A stretch of 63,381 nucleotides of DNA, counting the filler, from Eubacteriales bacterium (lineage in GTDB: Bacteria > Bacillota > Clostridia > Oscillospirales > CAG-382): the NCBI GenBank assembly GCA_045636665.1. It is 4 parts of 4 records of this genome, joined end to end, with 100 filler letters (N's around TTAATTAATTAA, not from the genome) between each part and the next. Parts side by side here need not be neighbours in the genome. Positions count along the whole stretch, not along the records: positions 1 to 16,206 come from JAZTXY010000012.1; positions 16,307 to 43,244 come from JAZTXY010000013.1; 2 more parts are not named here. One strand, given 5' to 3'. A model generated the notes under the pieces. It made no database searches, had not been told where the DNA came from, and saw only the letters and a list, made by a program, of their open reading frames with translations. Below, one piece after another: positions 10,593-19,327 of the stretch (positions are counted from its first letter, which is position 1; each line of letters begins with the position of its first letter). Both the position numbers and the translations under genes were made by a program.

Positions 10593-11447
10593 TTATTCGG
10601 AAATTTCGGACTCTGCCGAGGATTCATCGGGTGTGATAACAATCGCGGGAACGTCTTTGGAGGTACTCCAACGAATACCCTTATCAGCGCAATACTGCTT
10701 TGCGTTAGATTCTTCAGCAGAAAGAACCACAACCTTTTCACAGCCGTCTAAAACGTATTCGCCCATAGTTATTTCAGGATTGTTTATCGAAACGAATTCA
10801 AGATTTGCGCATCCGTCAAAGGCGCGTTCCTGAAGCTCAGACACGTTAGACGGCACAGTAAATTCGACAATCGAATTACAATAAGAAAACGCACGAACGC
10901 CTATTTTAGTAATTTTGGACGGAATAATAACCGTTTCAAGCGATTCACAATGGTTGAAGCAGAAGGACGATATTTCGGTCACTCCGCTTCCGAATGAAAT
11001 CGATTTCAGCGAATTACACCAAGCGAAAGCACGTGAACCGATCGTAGTAACCGAATCGGGGATACGAATCGATTCCAATTTATCGGCATAATAGAAAGCA
11101 CTTTCTTCAATAGTGGTGACAGAGCTCGGTATTTTAACGGAAGTTACAGCAACTTCGGTTTCGTGAAAGCAAAGCGAGCCGATAACCTTAACCGGTTTTC
11201 CGTCGATAACCGAAGGGATTACTACTTCCCCGTTTCCTTCTTTGGCTATATACTTCGTGACTTTTATATATTCTTTATAAACGTCGTAAGAAAAATCTTC
11301 ATTTTCGGTTGACGTTAAATAGTCATCAGGCATTTTTGATTCTTCAACACCGGTGACCGCTGTTTTTGCTTTTTTCAACAAAGTGTCACACGAGCAAAGC
11401 GAAATACACATCATTGCAACAAGCAACAAAAGCAAGAATCTTTTCAT
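10593..11447 (-). CDS. BspA-type leucine-rich-repeat lipoprotein
   Basis: ATG at 11447 after an AAGGAA RBS; lipobox LCSC; repeats IPxSVTTIxxxAFxxCxxL. Confidence 0.85.
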   Translation of the reverse strand: MKRFLLLLLVAMMCISLCSCDTLLKKAKTAVTGVEESKMPDDYLTSTENEDFSYDVYKEYIKVTKYIAKEGNGEVVIPSVIDGKPVKVIGSLCFHETEVAVTSVKIPSSVTTIEESAFYYADKLESIRIPDSVTTIGSRAFAWCNSLKSISFGSGVTEISSFCFNHCESLETVIIPSKITKIGVRAFSYCNSIVEFTVPSNVSELQERAFDGCANLEFVSINNPEITMGEYVLDGCEKVVVLSAEESNAKQYCADKGIRWSTSKDVPAIVITPDESSAESEISE

Positions 11448-11478
11448 TAAATATATTCCTTTCGGGTACTTCTTATTG

Positions 11479-11507
11479 ATTATAACACCAAGTATTCCTT
11501 TTGTCAA
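11479..11507 (-). promoter_or_regulatory. Sigma-A promoter for the LRR-alaS run
   Basis: TTGACA-N17-TATAAT with extended TG on the minus strand. Confidence 0.75.
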
Positions 11508-11538
11508 TTTACATTGACAGAAAAAACACAGATTTTTA

Positions 11539-11567
11539 TTGACAATATAAGAAATAAAGTTTAAAAT
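11539..11567 (+). promoter_or_regulatory. Sigma-A promoter for the epimerase-esterase pair
   Basis: TTGACA-N17-TAAAAT. Confidence 0.7.
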
Positions 11568-11602
11568 ATAATCGACAAATTTTACAAGGAAGGTTTAACT
11601 CT

Positions 11603-12823
11603 ATGGATAAGGCAACTTTCGCATCCTATCGCAAATTTTATAACGATCAACTTTTGAAGGACTGTATCCCTTTTTGGATGAACAGCGATCTTCTCGACAA
11701 AGAAAACGGCGGTTATATCACCAGTGTTGACAGAGAAGGTAAAGCATACAACACCGATAAGTCGGGTTGGTTCCAGGGCAGATGTCTTTGGACTTTCTCG
11801 CGTCTTTGCAACATTTACGGCATCAAGCCCGAATGGGAAGAAGCTGCAAAGCTCGGTAAAGACTTTATCGACAAGCACATCGCGGATACCGACGGAAGAA
11901 TGTATTTCACTCTCACCAAGGAAGGTCTTCCTTTGAGAAAGCGTCGTTACTTCTTCACCGAAAGCTTTTACGTTCTCTCGATGGCTGAATATTCGGTAAT
12001 GAGCGGCGACAAGGAAGCTCTCCGCAAGGCTGAAGAATGCTTTGAAATGATGCTTGCTATCTTCCGCGACGGCAACGCAGATCCTTATAAGATCACCCCC
12101 AAAGGAATCGCTTCCACCCGTGAAGACCGTGCTGTTTCTTACCCCATGGTACTTATCAGCAGCGCACAAACCTTGCGTCGCGCCGATCCCGAAAAGGCAG
12201 AATATTACACCAAGGTTGCTCAGGAAATGGCGGATATCATCATCAACATCCACTACAAGCCCGAGCTCGGCTGTGTTCTTGAAACCGTTGGTCCTAACGG
12301 CGAATTCATCGACAATCCCGCAGGCAGAACCATCAACCCCGGTCACTCTATGGAAAACAGCTGGTTCCTTATGAACCAAGCTATCTATACCGGCGACAAG
12401 GAGCTTCTTGCAAACGCTCTTAAGATTTTGGACGTTTCGCTCGAATGGGGCTGGGACAAGGAATACGGCGGATTCATTTACTTCACCGACGTAAGCGGTC
12501 GCCCCTGCGAACAGCTTGAACACGATATGAAGCTTTGGTGGGTTCACAACGAAGCATGTATCGCTACCCTTCTCGCTTACAGCATCACAGGCGATGAAAA
12601 GTATTGGAAATGGTTTGAAAAAGCTCACTTCTATGCGTTCGGTCACTTCGCTGATAAAGAATACGGCGAATGGTACGGCTACCTCCATAAGGACGGCACT
12701 GTTTCTCACACTCAAAAGGGTTCTATGTGGAAGGGTCCTTTCCACCATCCCAGATTCCTTATGTGCTGCGAACACATCTTTGCATGTCTTGAAGAAGGCG
12801 TTCCCGTTAAATCACTCCTTTAA
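11603..12823 (+). CDS. N-acylglucosamine 2-epimerase (AGE family)
   Basis: KSGWFQGR, INPGHSMENSWFL, MKLWWVHNEA, EWYGYLH, KGPFHHPR motifs. Confidence 0.9.
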   Translation: MDKATFASYRKFYNDQLLKDCIPFWMNSDLLDKENGGYITSVDREGKAYNTDKSGWFQGRCLWTFSRLCNIYGIKPEWEEAAKLGKDFIDKHIADTDGRMYFTLTKEGLPLRKRRYFFTESFYVLSMAEYSVMSGDKEALRKAEECFEMMLAIFRDGNADPYKITPKGIASTREDRAVSYPMVLISSAQTLRRADPEKAEYYTKVAQEMADIIINIHYKPELGCVLETVGPNGEFIDNPAGRTINPGHSMENSWFLMNQAIYTGDKELLANALKILDVSLEWGWDKEYGGFIYFTDVSGRPCEQLEHDMKLWWVHNEACIATLLAYSITGDEKYWKWFEKAHFYAFGHFADKEYGEWYGYLHKDGTVSHTQKGSMWKGPFHHPRFLMCCEHIFACLEEGVPVKSLL

Positions 12824-12844
12824 TATTGTTTCTTAAGGTGATTT

Positions 12845-15136
12845 ATGAAAAAAATATCATTCATTCTCTGCATCGCCTTACTGCTTTCAGTTTTTGCCAC
12901 ATCGGCGCTTGCAGAAAACTACGGTAGCGAAACAAAAAAGCTTTTAGTCACCCACATCAACGTAAACTATGCGGAATATGAGGGCGCAGGTGTCGTTTAC
13001 ACCTCTTCAACCGACGGCACTATCGGCCCCTACGGCGCTTTCAGCTGGTGGAACGTTATTACATTTAAATGGAGCATCGCAGATAAATGCTACGTTGTTG
13101 AAAACGTTAACACCGCTATGAACGTTGCAAAGGATACTACAAAAATCCCCGAAAACGGTTTTGTTTACTGCTGTAATACCGGCAACGACTATCCCGCGTT
13201 GGGCGACAACAGCAAGCCTAACTATACCACAAAGGCAATGAACGATACCTGCGCGTACGTTTCAAACGTAAAGGTTGGCGATAAAGTTTATCTTTACGGT
13301 GTTGATCTCCTAAACGGCACAGTTGATACTAACGGCGAATTGTGGTATTCCGCGAATTATGAAAGCAATGCTTTTATTAAAGTAGGTTCGGAAGAAAGCG
13401 GACTCAAGGCATACAATCCCGAAACCGCGACCGAAAAGAAGCCTACCGTCAAGCTCGGTATTAATGCAATTAACGGCGGAATCGGGGAAGGTCAAGCAAT
13501 GCTTCTTACCCCTTCTTATGGCAAGACCATCTCCGAAAAAAATAACAACTACAGCTGGTGTACCGTCGCGGTCTTTGATTGGAGCGCAAAGGACAATGCT
13601 TACGTGTTGATTTCAATCGATAAATCGGTTGGCAACGGTATGCAAAAGAACGCCATCATCCCCCCCAACGGCTTTGCAGTATCGGTAAATAAAGGTAACA
13701 ATTATCCTGCTTTGGGCGACACATCCAAACCGAATTATGTTAACCAAACCACTTCTAATTTTTACGATAAAATAGCGACTATCGAAATCGGCTCGAAGGT
13801 ATATCTTGAAGGTATTGATCTTGCCAAGGGCACCTTTAAGTACGAAGGCGATATCAAGTATTATTACGATGCTTCCAAATTCAAAACCAAAGCTTTTTTG
13901 GTGTTTGGAGATGAGAAGCCCGAAAACAGCTATACACCCAACACAAGCAGTATTCTCCCTACCCCCGAAATTATTAACAACGAAGAGTTTTATGCTCATT
14001 CCGATTTGGAAATCAAATGGAACAAGGTTGACGGAGCTTCGAAGTATTACGTTTCCGTGCTTAACAGCACCATCAATACTAACGGTGCAAAGGTAATTTC
14101 AAACGAAACAACCGATACCTTTATTAAGATTCCCAAGTCCTCTCTCAACATCGGATCCAAATATACCGTAAATCTTTACGCTACAAGCAATTCAGGCGCT
14201 TCTTGCGTTGCGGCCTATGATTTTGTTGTATGCAGCGAAAGAGTATTTAACAGTCCCTTCAAGAACAAAACCGTCGTTGCATTCGGCGACAGTATTACCG
14301 CTTGGAAGGGTTGGGTCGATATGATGTACGGCGAAATCGGCACTAACGTTATAAACTCGGGTGTTGGCGGAGATACAACCGTTCACGCACTTAACAGAAT
14401 CCAAAAAGACGTTATCGATAAGAATCCCGACTTAGTAATCGTCAACTTCGGTATGAACGACCAAGCGGTTAATCCCTCGACCGGTAAGAACCTTACCCCG
14501 ATTGAAAAATACGAAGAAAATTACAGAACAATTATCGATAAGATTCTTGCAACAGGCTCCGATATTATTCTCGTTGCAGTGCACGACGTATGCGAGTCTA
14601 AATACGGCGGCGGTCAACCCACATATAACGCAAAGGATTCTCAAGGAGTTGGTTATGTCGACCGTTTCAACGAAGTTGTTAAGAAGCTTGCGGATGAATA
14701 CAAGCTCGGATTCTTAGACATCAACTCCCTTGCAGAAAAACAGCTTGATTCGATGATCCTTGACGGCATCCACCTCAATGATAAGGGTCAAGAAAATTAC
14801 TGCAAGTGGATTTCCGATTATTGCTTCGAATTCGCAAAGAACAACGATATCGGCAACGAACCCAATGACGGCACAGAAAACTCCGATGACGTTTCCGATG
14901 ACGTTTCCGATGATGTTTCGGGTGAAGTTTCGGGTGAAGCTTCCGAAAATCCGTCTGATGTTTCAAACGCAACTTCCGATAGCGAACAAACATCCGACGA
15001 TTCTTCGGACTCGACCGTTACAACCGATAGCGGTATGAGCTCTACTGAAATTGCAATAACAACAGTAATTATGTTTATTGGCATTTCTGTTATCGGCGTT
15101 ATGTTTATTAAAGTTATCAAAAAGAATAAAAAGTAA
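12845..15136 (+). CDS. Surface-anchored SGNH/GDSL esterase with two N-terminal beta-rich repeats and an FnIII-like domain
   Basis: Signal peptide; AFGDSIT, NSGVGGDTT, FGMND, DGIH blocks; Ser/Asp-rich linker; C-terminal TM helix and basic tail. Confidence 0.85.
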   Translation: MKKISFILCIALLLSVFATSALAENYGSETKKLLVTHINVNYAEYEGAGVVYTSSTDGTIGPYGAFSWWNVITFKWSIADKCYVVENVNTAMNVAKDTTKIPENGFVYCCNTGNDYPALGDNSKPNYTTKAMNDTCAYVSNVKVGDKVYLYGVDLLNGTVDTNGELWYSANYESNAFIKVGSEESGLKAYNPETATEKKPTVKLGINAINGGIGEGQAMLLTPSYGKTISEKNNNYSWCTVAVFDWSAKDNAYVLISIDKSVGNGMQKNAIIPPNGFAVSVNKGNNYPALGDTSKPNYVNQTTSNFYDKIATIEIGSKVYLEGIDLAKGTFKYEGDIKYYYDASKFKTKAFLVFGDEKPENSYTPNTSSILPTPEIINNEEFYAHSDLEIKWNKVDGASKYYVSVLNSTINTNGAKVISNETTDTFIKIPKSSLNIGSKYTVNLYATSNSGASCVAAYDFVVCSERVFNSPFKNKTVVAFGDSITAWKGWVDMMYGEIGTNVINSGVGGDTTVHALNRIQKDVIDKNPDLVIVNFGMNDQAVNPSTGKNLTPIEKYEENYRTIIDKILATGSDIILVAVHDVCESKYGGGQPTYNAKDSQGVGYVDRFNEVVKKLADEYKLGFLDINSLAEKQLDSMILDGIHLNDKGQENYCKWISDYCFEFAKNNDIGNEPNDGTENSDDVSDDVSDDVSGEVSGEASENPSDVSNATSDSEQTSDDSSDSTVTTDSGMSSTEIAITTVIMFIGISVIGVMFIKVIKKNKK
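14882..14941 (+). repeat. Five 12-bp coding tandem repeat units (SDDV x3, SGEV, SGEA)
   Basis: TCCGATGA(C/T)GTT x3 followed by TCGGGTGAAG(T/C)T x2. Confidence 0.85.
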
Positions 15137-15142
15137 TTCGTA

Positions 15143-15180
15143 AGGAGGTCGAGCAATCGGCCTCCTGCATTTTTATTTTT
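15143..15180 (+). terminator. Rho-independent terminator after the SGNH gene
   Basis: AGGAGGTCGA-GCAA-TCGGCCTCCT stem followed by a T-rich tract. Confidence 0.7.
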
Positions 15181-15277
15181 TCGACGAAATACGTCTTTCA
15201 AGTGCACGTTTGTGATAAATTAATAAAACAAACATCATAAAAACGCTTAATTTAAGCAACTTTTTGAGCATAAACTA

Positions 15278-15306
15278 TTGATTTTTCTTGATTTTCGTGT
15301 TATAAT
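15278..15306 (+). promoter_or_regulatory. Sigma-A promoter of rpsB
   Basis: TTGATT-N17-TATAAT with extended TG. Confidence 0.75.
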
Positions 15307-15332
15307 TCATAGGATTTTGCGAAAGGCAAAAA

Positions 15333-15420
15333 TACACACACCGTATATGCCCTGCCCGGGTGCACCTTTAGGTGTTATTAGGCGGGTAAATTCAAAATGC
15401 GGTGGCGGGTAAGAAACCCG
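15333..15420 (+). promoter_or_regulatory. Probable rpsB structured 5' leader (S2 autoregulation)
   Basis: Long UTR with CACACACCG...GGTGC and GC-rich pairing potential; position typical of rpsB leaders. Confidence 0.5.
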
Positions 15421-15432
15421 AAGGAGAAAGAC

Positions 15433-16164
15433 ATGGGAGTAGTATCCATGAAACAGCTTCTCGAAGCTGGTGTACATTTCGGTCACCAAACGAGAAGATG
15501 GAACCCGAAGATGGCTGAATACATCTTCACCGAGAGAAACGGCATTTACATCATCGACCTTCAGAAAACCGTTAAGAAGATCGAAGAAGCTTATCTCTTC
15601 ATCCGCGACATCGCTGCAGAAGGCGGCAACATCCTTTTTGTCGGCACCAAGAAGCAGGCACAGGATGCAATCAAAGAAGAAGCTCTCCGTAGCGAAATGT
15701 ACTATGTAAATGTACGTTGGCTCGGCGGTATGCTCACCAACTTCAAGACCATCAAAAAGTCGATTCAGAAGCTTCACAACCTCAACAAGATGGCAGAAGA
15801 CGGCACTTTCGATCTTCTTCCCAAGAAGGAAGTTGCTTCCCTCCAGAAGGAAATGGCTGACCTCGAAAAGAACCTTGGCGGTATCAAAGACATGAAGGGT
15901 ATCCCCTCTGCAATCTTTATCGTTGACCCCAAGAAGGAAAAGAACGCTGTTGATGAAGCAAGAAAGCTCGGCATTCCCGTTGTTGCAATCGTTGACACCA
16001 ACTGTGATCCCGATGAAGTTGATTACGTTATCCCCGGTAACGATGACGCTATCCGCGCTATCAAGCTCATCGCTTCTACCCTCGCTGATGCAATCATCGA
16101 AGGTAAGCAGGGCGAACAGCTTACCGATTCCTCCGAAAACGCTGAGGAAGCTTCCGCAGAATAA
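15433..16164 (+). CDS. rpsB: 30S ribosomal protein S2
   Basis: [38 protein letters not shown] before ATG at 15433. Confidence 0.98.
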   Translation: MGVVSMKQLLEAGVHFGHQTRRWNPKMAEYIFTERNGIYIIDLQKTVKKIEEAYLFIRDIAAEGGNILFVGTKKQAQDAIKEEALRSEMYYVNVRWLGGMLTNFKTIKKSIQKLHNLNKMAEDGTFDLLPKKEVASLQKEMADLEKNLGGIKDMKGIPSAIFIVDPKKEKNAVDEARKLGIPVVAIVDTNCDPDEVDYVIPGNDDAIRAIKLIASTLADAIIEGKQGEQLTDSSENAEEASAE

Positions 16165-16189
16165 TTTAAACTTAAAAATTTCATTTATT

Positions 16190-16206
16190 AGGAGGAAACT
16201 AAAATG
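16190..16206 (+). other. RBS and start codon of the next gene (probably tsf), cut by the contig end
   Basis: AGGAGG followed by ATG at 16204-16206 then Ns; identity rests only on conserved rpsB-tsf order. Confidence 0.5.
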
Positions 16207-16306
16207 NNNNNNNNNNNNNNNNNNNNNNNNNNNNNNNNNNNNNNNNNNNNTTAATTAATTAANNNNNNNNNNNNNNNNNNNNNNNNNNNNNNNNNNNNNN
16301 NNNNNN
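16207..16306. other. Artificial contig linker
   Basis: N44-TTAATTAATTAA-N44 (stop codons in all six frames). Confidence 0.97.
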
Positions 16307-16307
16307 A

Positions 16308-17645
16308 GACCTTGGCGGCAGAGAAATCAACGTACTTTGTTGGGACTTTGGCGCAGGCAATAAGTCCATCAAGGGCTATACCGGCGAAATCATGTTCGAC
16401 GAAAACAGCTCCAACTCCGTTGACTTGGCGAAAAAGGAAGTTGCAACTCGTGTTGAAGAACTTTACAACTGTAAACTCGTCGGCACCCTCACTTCCGACC
16501 AGAACGAAAAAATCCCCGCAATAGTCAAAGAACAGGTTACTGCGCAGAATCATGAATTCGATATTTTCTTTGATAACCTCGCGCAGGCTTCGACCATCGC
16601 GCTCGAAGGATACCTTCTCGACCTCAATACCGTTCCCGGTATCGACCTTAGCGCTTCTTGGTGGGACCAGAACGCTGTTAACGATCTTTCGATCGGCGGC
16701 AAGATCTATTTCGTAAACGGCGATATAAACACCTACGACGATCAGGGTACTTGGGTCATAATGTTCAACAAGGCATTGAAGACCAAGCTTAACATCGAAG
16801 AAGATTTTTATCAGCTCGTACGCGACAATAAGTGGACTTACGATAAGTTCGCCGAAATCTGCAAGCGCGAGATAACTTCCGACAGTACCGGCGACGGCAC
16901 TCTTGACGATTTGGATACTTGGGCGTTCGGCACCGAATGCTACAACATTTATATTCAGCTCGCAGGTGCAGGCTTGAAGATTGCGGAAAAGGACGAAAAC
17001 GACCTTCCTTATCTTACTGTTGCCGAAATTCCCGACCAGACCTACTCTATCCTTGCAGACGTTCTTGATTTGTACAACCGCAACGATACCGTTATGGTTG
17101 CCGAAAATTACAGATACAAGAATTATCCCAACGTTTACGAAGGAACTGTTCACAAGGCGTTCCTCGAAGGCAGAGAATTGTTCTATATGTGCGGTCTTAT
17201 GAACGGACCGAGCTTCCGTATGATGGAGGACGAATTTGGTATTCTTCCTATTCCCAAGTACTACGAAAGCCAGGACAGATACTATCACACTATCTCCTCC
17301 TACAACTCCACCGTTCTTATGATCCCCGAAGGAACTCCCGACCTTGAAGATCTTGGCCTTGTTATTACTGCTATCGCAGAACGGTCAAGACATTACGTAA
17401 CCCCTGCATATTACGACATTCAGCTTAAATACCGCGATTCTCGTGATGATGAATCGGGCGAAATGCTTGATATTATATTTGCATCGCGTACCTTCGACCT
17501 CGGTTGTTACTACAACTGGGCAGATATCCGTGGTCAGTATATGTCTCTCAGCAACGCCGATATCGCTTCCCGTTTCGATGCAATTCTTTCTGTTGCACAA
17601 ATGGAAATGGAAACGTTCATCCAGACTATTCAGACTAACCAATAA
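16308..17645 (+). CDS. Extracellular solute-binding protein (family-1-like), 5'-truncated
   Basis: Frame open from the contig start (DLGGREINVLC...); WWDQNAVNDLSIGGKIYFVNGD, FGILPIPKY; paralog of the next gene. Confidence 0.85.
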   Translation, partial: DLGGREINVLCWDFGAGNKSIKGYTGEIMFDENSSNSVDLAKKEVATRVEELYNCKLVGTLTSDQNEKIPAIVKEQVTAQNHEFDIFFDNLAQASTIALEGYLLDLNTVPGIDLSASWWDQNAVNDLSIGGKIYFVNGDINTYDDQGTWVIMFNKALKTKLNIEEDFYQLVRDNKWTYDKFAEICKREITSDSTGDGTLDDLDTWAFGTECYNIYIQLAGAGLKIAEKDENDLPYLTVAEIPDQTYSILADVLDLYNRNDTVMVAENYRYKNYPNVYEGTVHKAFLEGRELFYMCGLMNGPSFRMMEDEFGILPIPKYYESQDRYYHTISSYNSTVLMIPEGTPDLEDLGLVITAIAERSRHYVTPAYYDIQLKYRDSRDDESGEMLDIIFASRTFDLGCYYNWADIRGQYMSLSNADIASRFDAILSVAQMEMETFIQTIQTNQ

Positions 17646-17646
17646 G

Positions 17647-17694
17647 CGTATGTACACGGTGCAACGCGAGAGCGTTGTAACGTTGCATAATACG
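17647..17694 (+). other. Intergenic GNRA-capped hairpin abutting the RBS of the second binding protein
   Basis: CGTAT...TGCAACGC-GAGA-GCGTTGTA...ATACG; no U-tract. Confidence 0.5.
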
Positions 17695-17706
17695 AAAGGC
17701 ATTACT

Positions 17707-19209
17707 ATGAAAAAAACGATCGCATCCTTATTGTTGGTTGCTATGCTTGTTTTCTGCTTTGCGGCATGTGAAGACGCATCGACCGACGTAAACTCCGACG
17801 CTACTTCTACCGACATCAGCCAAGGTGAAACGAGCGGTAGCTTTAACGATATTGAACTTGAAGTAAAAGACCTCGGCGGCAGAGAAATCAACATTCTTTG
17901 CTATAACTTCGGCGCAGGCTCCGCTTCGATTCTCGGTTATACCGGTGAGGTTATGTATGCTGAAGAAAACCCCAGTGCTGTTGATGAAGCAAAAAAACTC
18001 GTTGTAGAAAAGGTTGAATCCGAGTACAACTGTAAAATTAACGGTGAATTGACCCAAATGGACCAATACACCAACAGCATCATCAAAAATCAGGTAACCT
18101 CGGGACTCCATTATTACGATATTGTTTTCGACTCCCTTAACTCTGCGGCGGCGATGGCTGCGGAAGATCTTCAAATCGACCTTACCACTGTTTCGACTAT
18201 CGACCTTTCTCACCCTTGGTGGGACCAAAACGCAGTTAAGGACCTTTCTATCGGCAACAAGCTTTATTTTGTTTGCGGCGATATAAACACCTATGACGAT
18301 CAGGGTACCTTCTGCGTGCTCTTCAACAAAACTTTGAAGAAGAAGCTTGGTATCGAAGAAGATTTTTATCAGCTCGTTCGCGATAACGAGTGGACTATGG
18401 ATAAGTTCGAGGAAATCTGCAAGGACAGAGTAACCTTTGATTCCTCCGGTGACGGCGTTCTTGATGAAAACGACACTTGGGCGCTCGGTACCGAAAGATA
18501 CAACATTTTCATTCAGTTCATCGGCGCAGGTCAGCGTATTTCGAGCAAGGATAGCAACGATATGCCTTCTCTCGTGCTTTCCGAAAGCACCGAATCTACC
18601 TTTAAGATTCTTCAAGAGCTTCTTGAATTCTATAACGATGAACAAACCGTTATGGTCGCAAATACCCCGAAGTATGAAAACAAGGGCTTCTCTAACGTTT
18701 GGGAAGCAACCGTTCACAAGGCATTTATCGAAGGCAGAGAATTGTTCTATATGTGCGGACTTTTCAACGCCGCATCCTTCCGTGTAATGGAGGATGAATT
18801 CGGTATTCTTCCTATTCCCAAATACGACAAAACTCAAGACAGATATTACCACACCGTACAGTCCGGACATAACACCGTTATGCACATCCCCACAACCACT
18901 CCCAACGTGGATGACCTCGGTCTTGTAATTTCTGCACTTGCAAAAGAATCCAAGCGTCTTGTTACTCCCGCTTATTACGACATACAGCTTAAGTACCGCG
19001 ATTCCCGTGATGACGAATCGGGCGAAATGCTTGACCTTATTTTTGCATCCCGCACCTTTGACGTTGCCGATGCTTACAACTGGGGCGGTATCCGCGAACA
19101 GTACGTATCTATGAGTCAGAGCGACATCGCATCTCGTTTCGACGCTATGCTTTCTGCGGCAGAACTTGCAATGGAGAGCTTTGTCGAAAAGATGACCGAC
19201 GAAAAATAA
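17707..19209 (+). CDS. Extracellular solute-binding lipoprotein (family-1-like)
   Basis: ATG at 17707 after GAAAGG; lipobox FAAC; FGILPIPKYD; strongly similar to the upstream gene. Confidence 0.85.
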   Translation: MKKTIASLLLVAMLVFCFAACEDASTDVNSDATSTDISQGETSGSFNDIELEVKDLGGREINILCYNFGAGSASILGYTGEVMYAEENPSAVDEAKKLVVEKVESEYNCKINGELTQMDQYTNSIIKNQVTSGLHYYDIVFDSLNSAAAMAAEDLQIDLTTVSTIDLSHPWWDQNAVKDLSIGNKLYFVCGDINTYDDQGTFCVLFNKTLKKKLGIEEDFYQLVRDNEWTMDKFEEICKDRVTFDSSGDGVLDENDTWALGTERYNIFIQFIGAGQRISSKDSNDMPSLVLSESTESTFKILQELLEFYNDEQTVMVANTPKYENKGFSNVWEATVHKAFIEGRELFYMCGLFNAASFRVMEDEFGILPIPKYDKTQDRYYHTVQSGHNTVMHIPTTTPNVDDLGLVISALAKESKRLVTPAYYDIQLKYRDSRDDESGEMLDLIFASRTFDVADAYNWGGIREQYVSMSQSDIASRFDAMLSAAELAMESFVEKMTDEK

Positions 19210-19233
19210 CCATTTAGCTCTAAACCTTACCCT

Positions 19234-19270
19234 CGGGAACGTGATATATTAACCACGTTCCCGATTTTTT
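19234..19270 (+). terminator. Rho-independent terminator
   Basis: CGGGAACGTG...CACGTTCCCG followed by a T-run. Confidence 0.75.
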
Positions 19271-19327
19271 GAGAAATCCCGGTAGCTGCGCATATTCCTG
19301 TAAATAATTCTTGAAAGGAATAAATAT

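Noticed and set aside
16251..16262. TTAATTAATTAA recurring three times as a biological repeat
   Set aside because: Always centred in identical N padding; it is an artificial six-frame-stop contig linker.
16308..19209. Diversity-generating retroelement template/variable repeats
   Set aside because: Similarity spans both whole coding genes, differences look largely synonymous rather than adenine-specific, and no reverse transcriptase is present.
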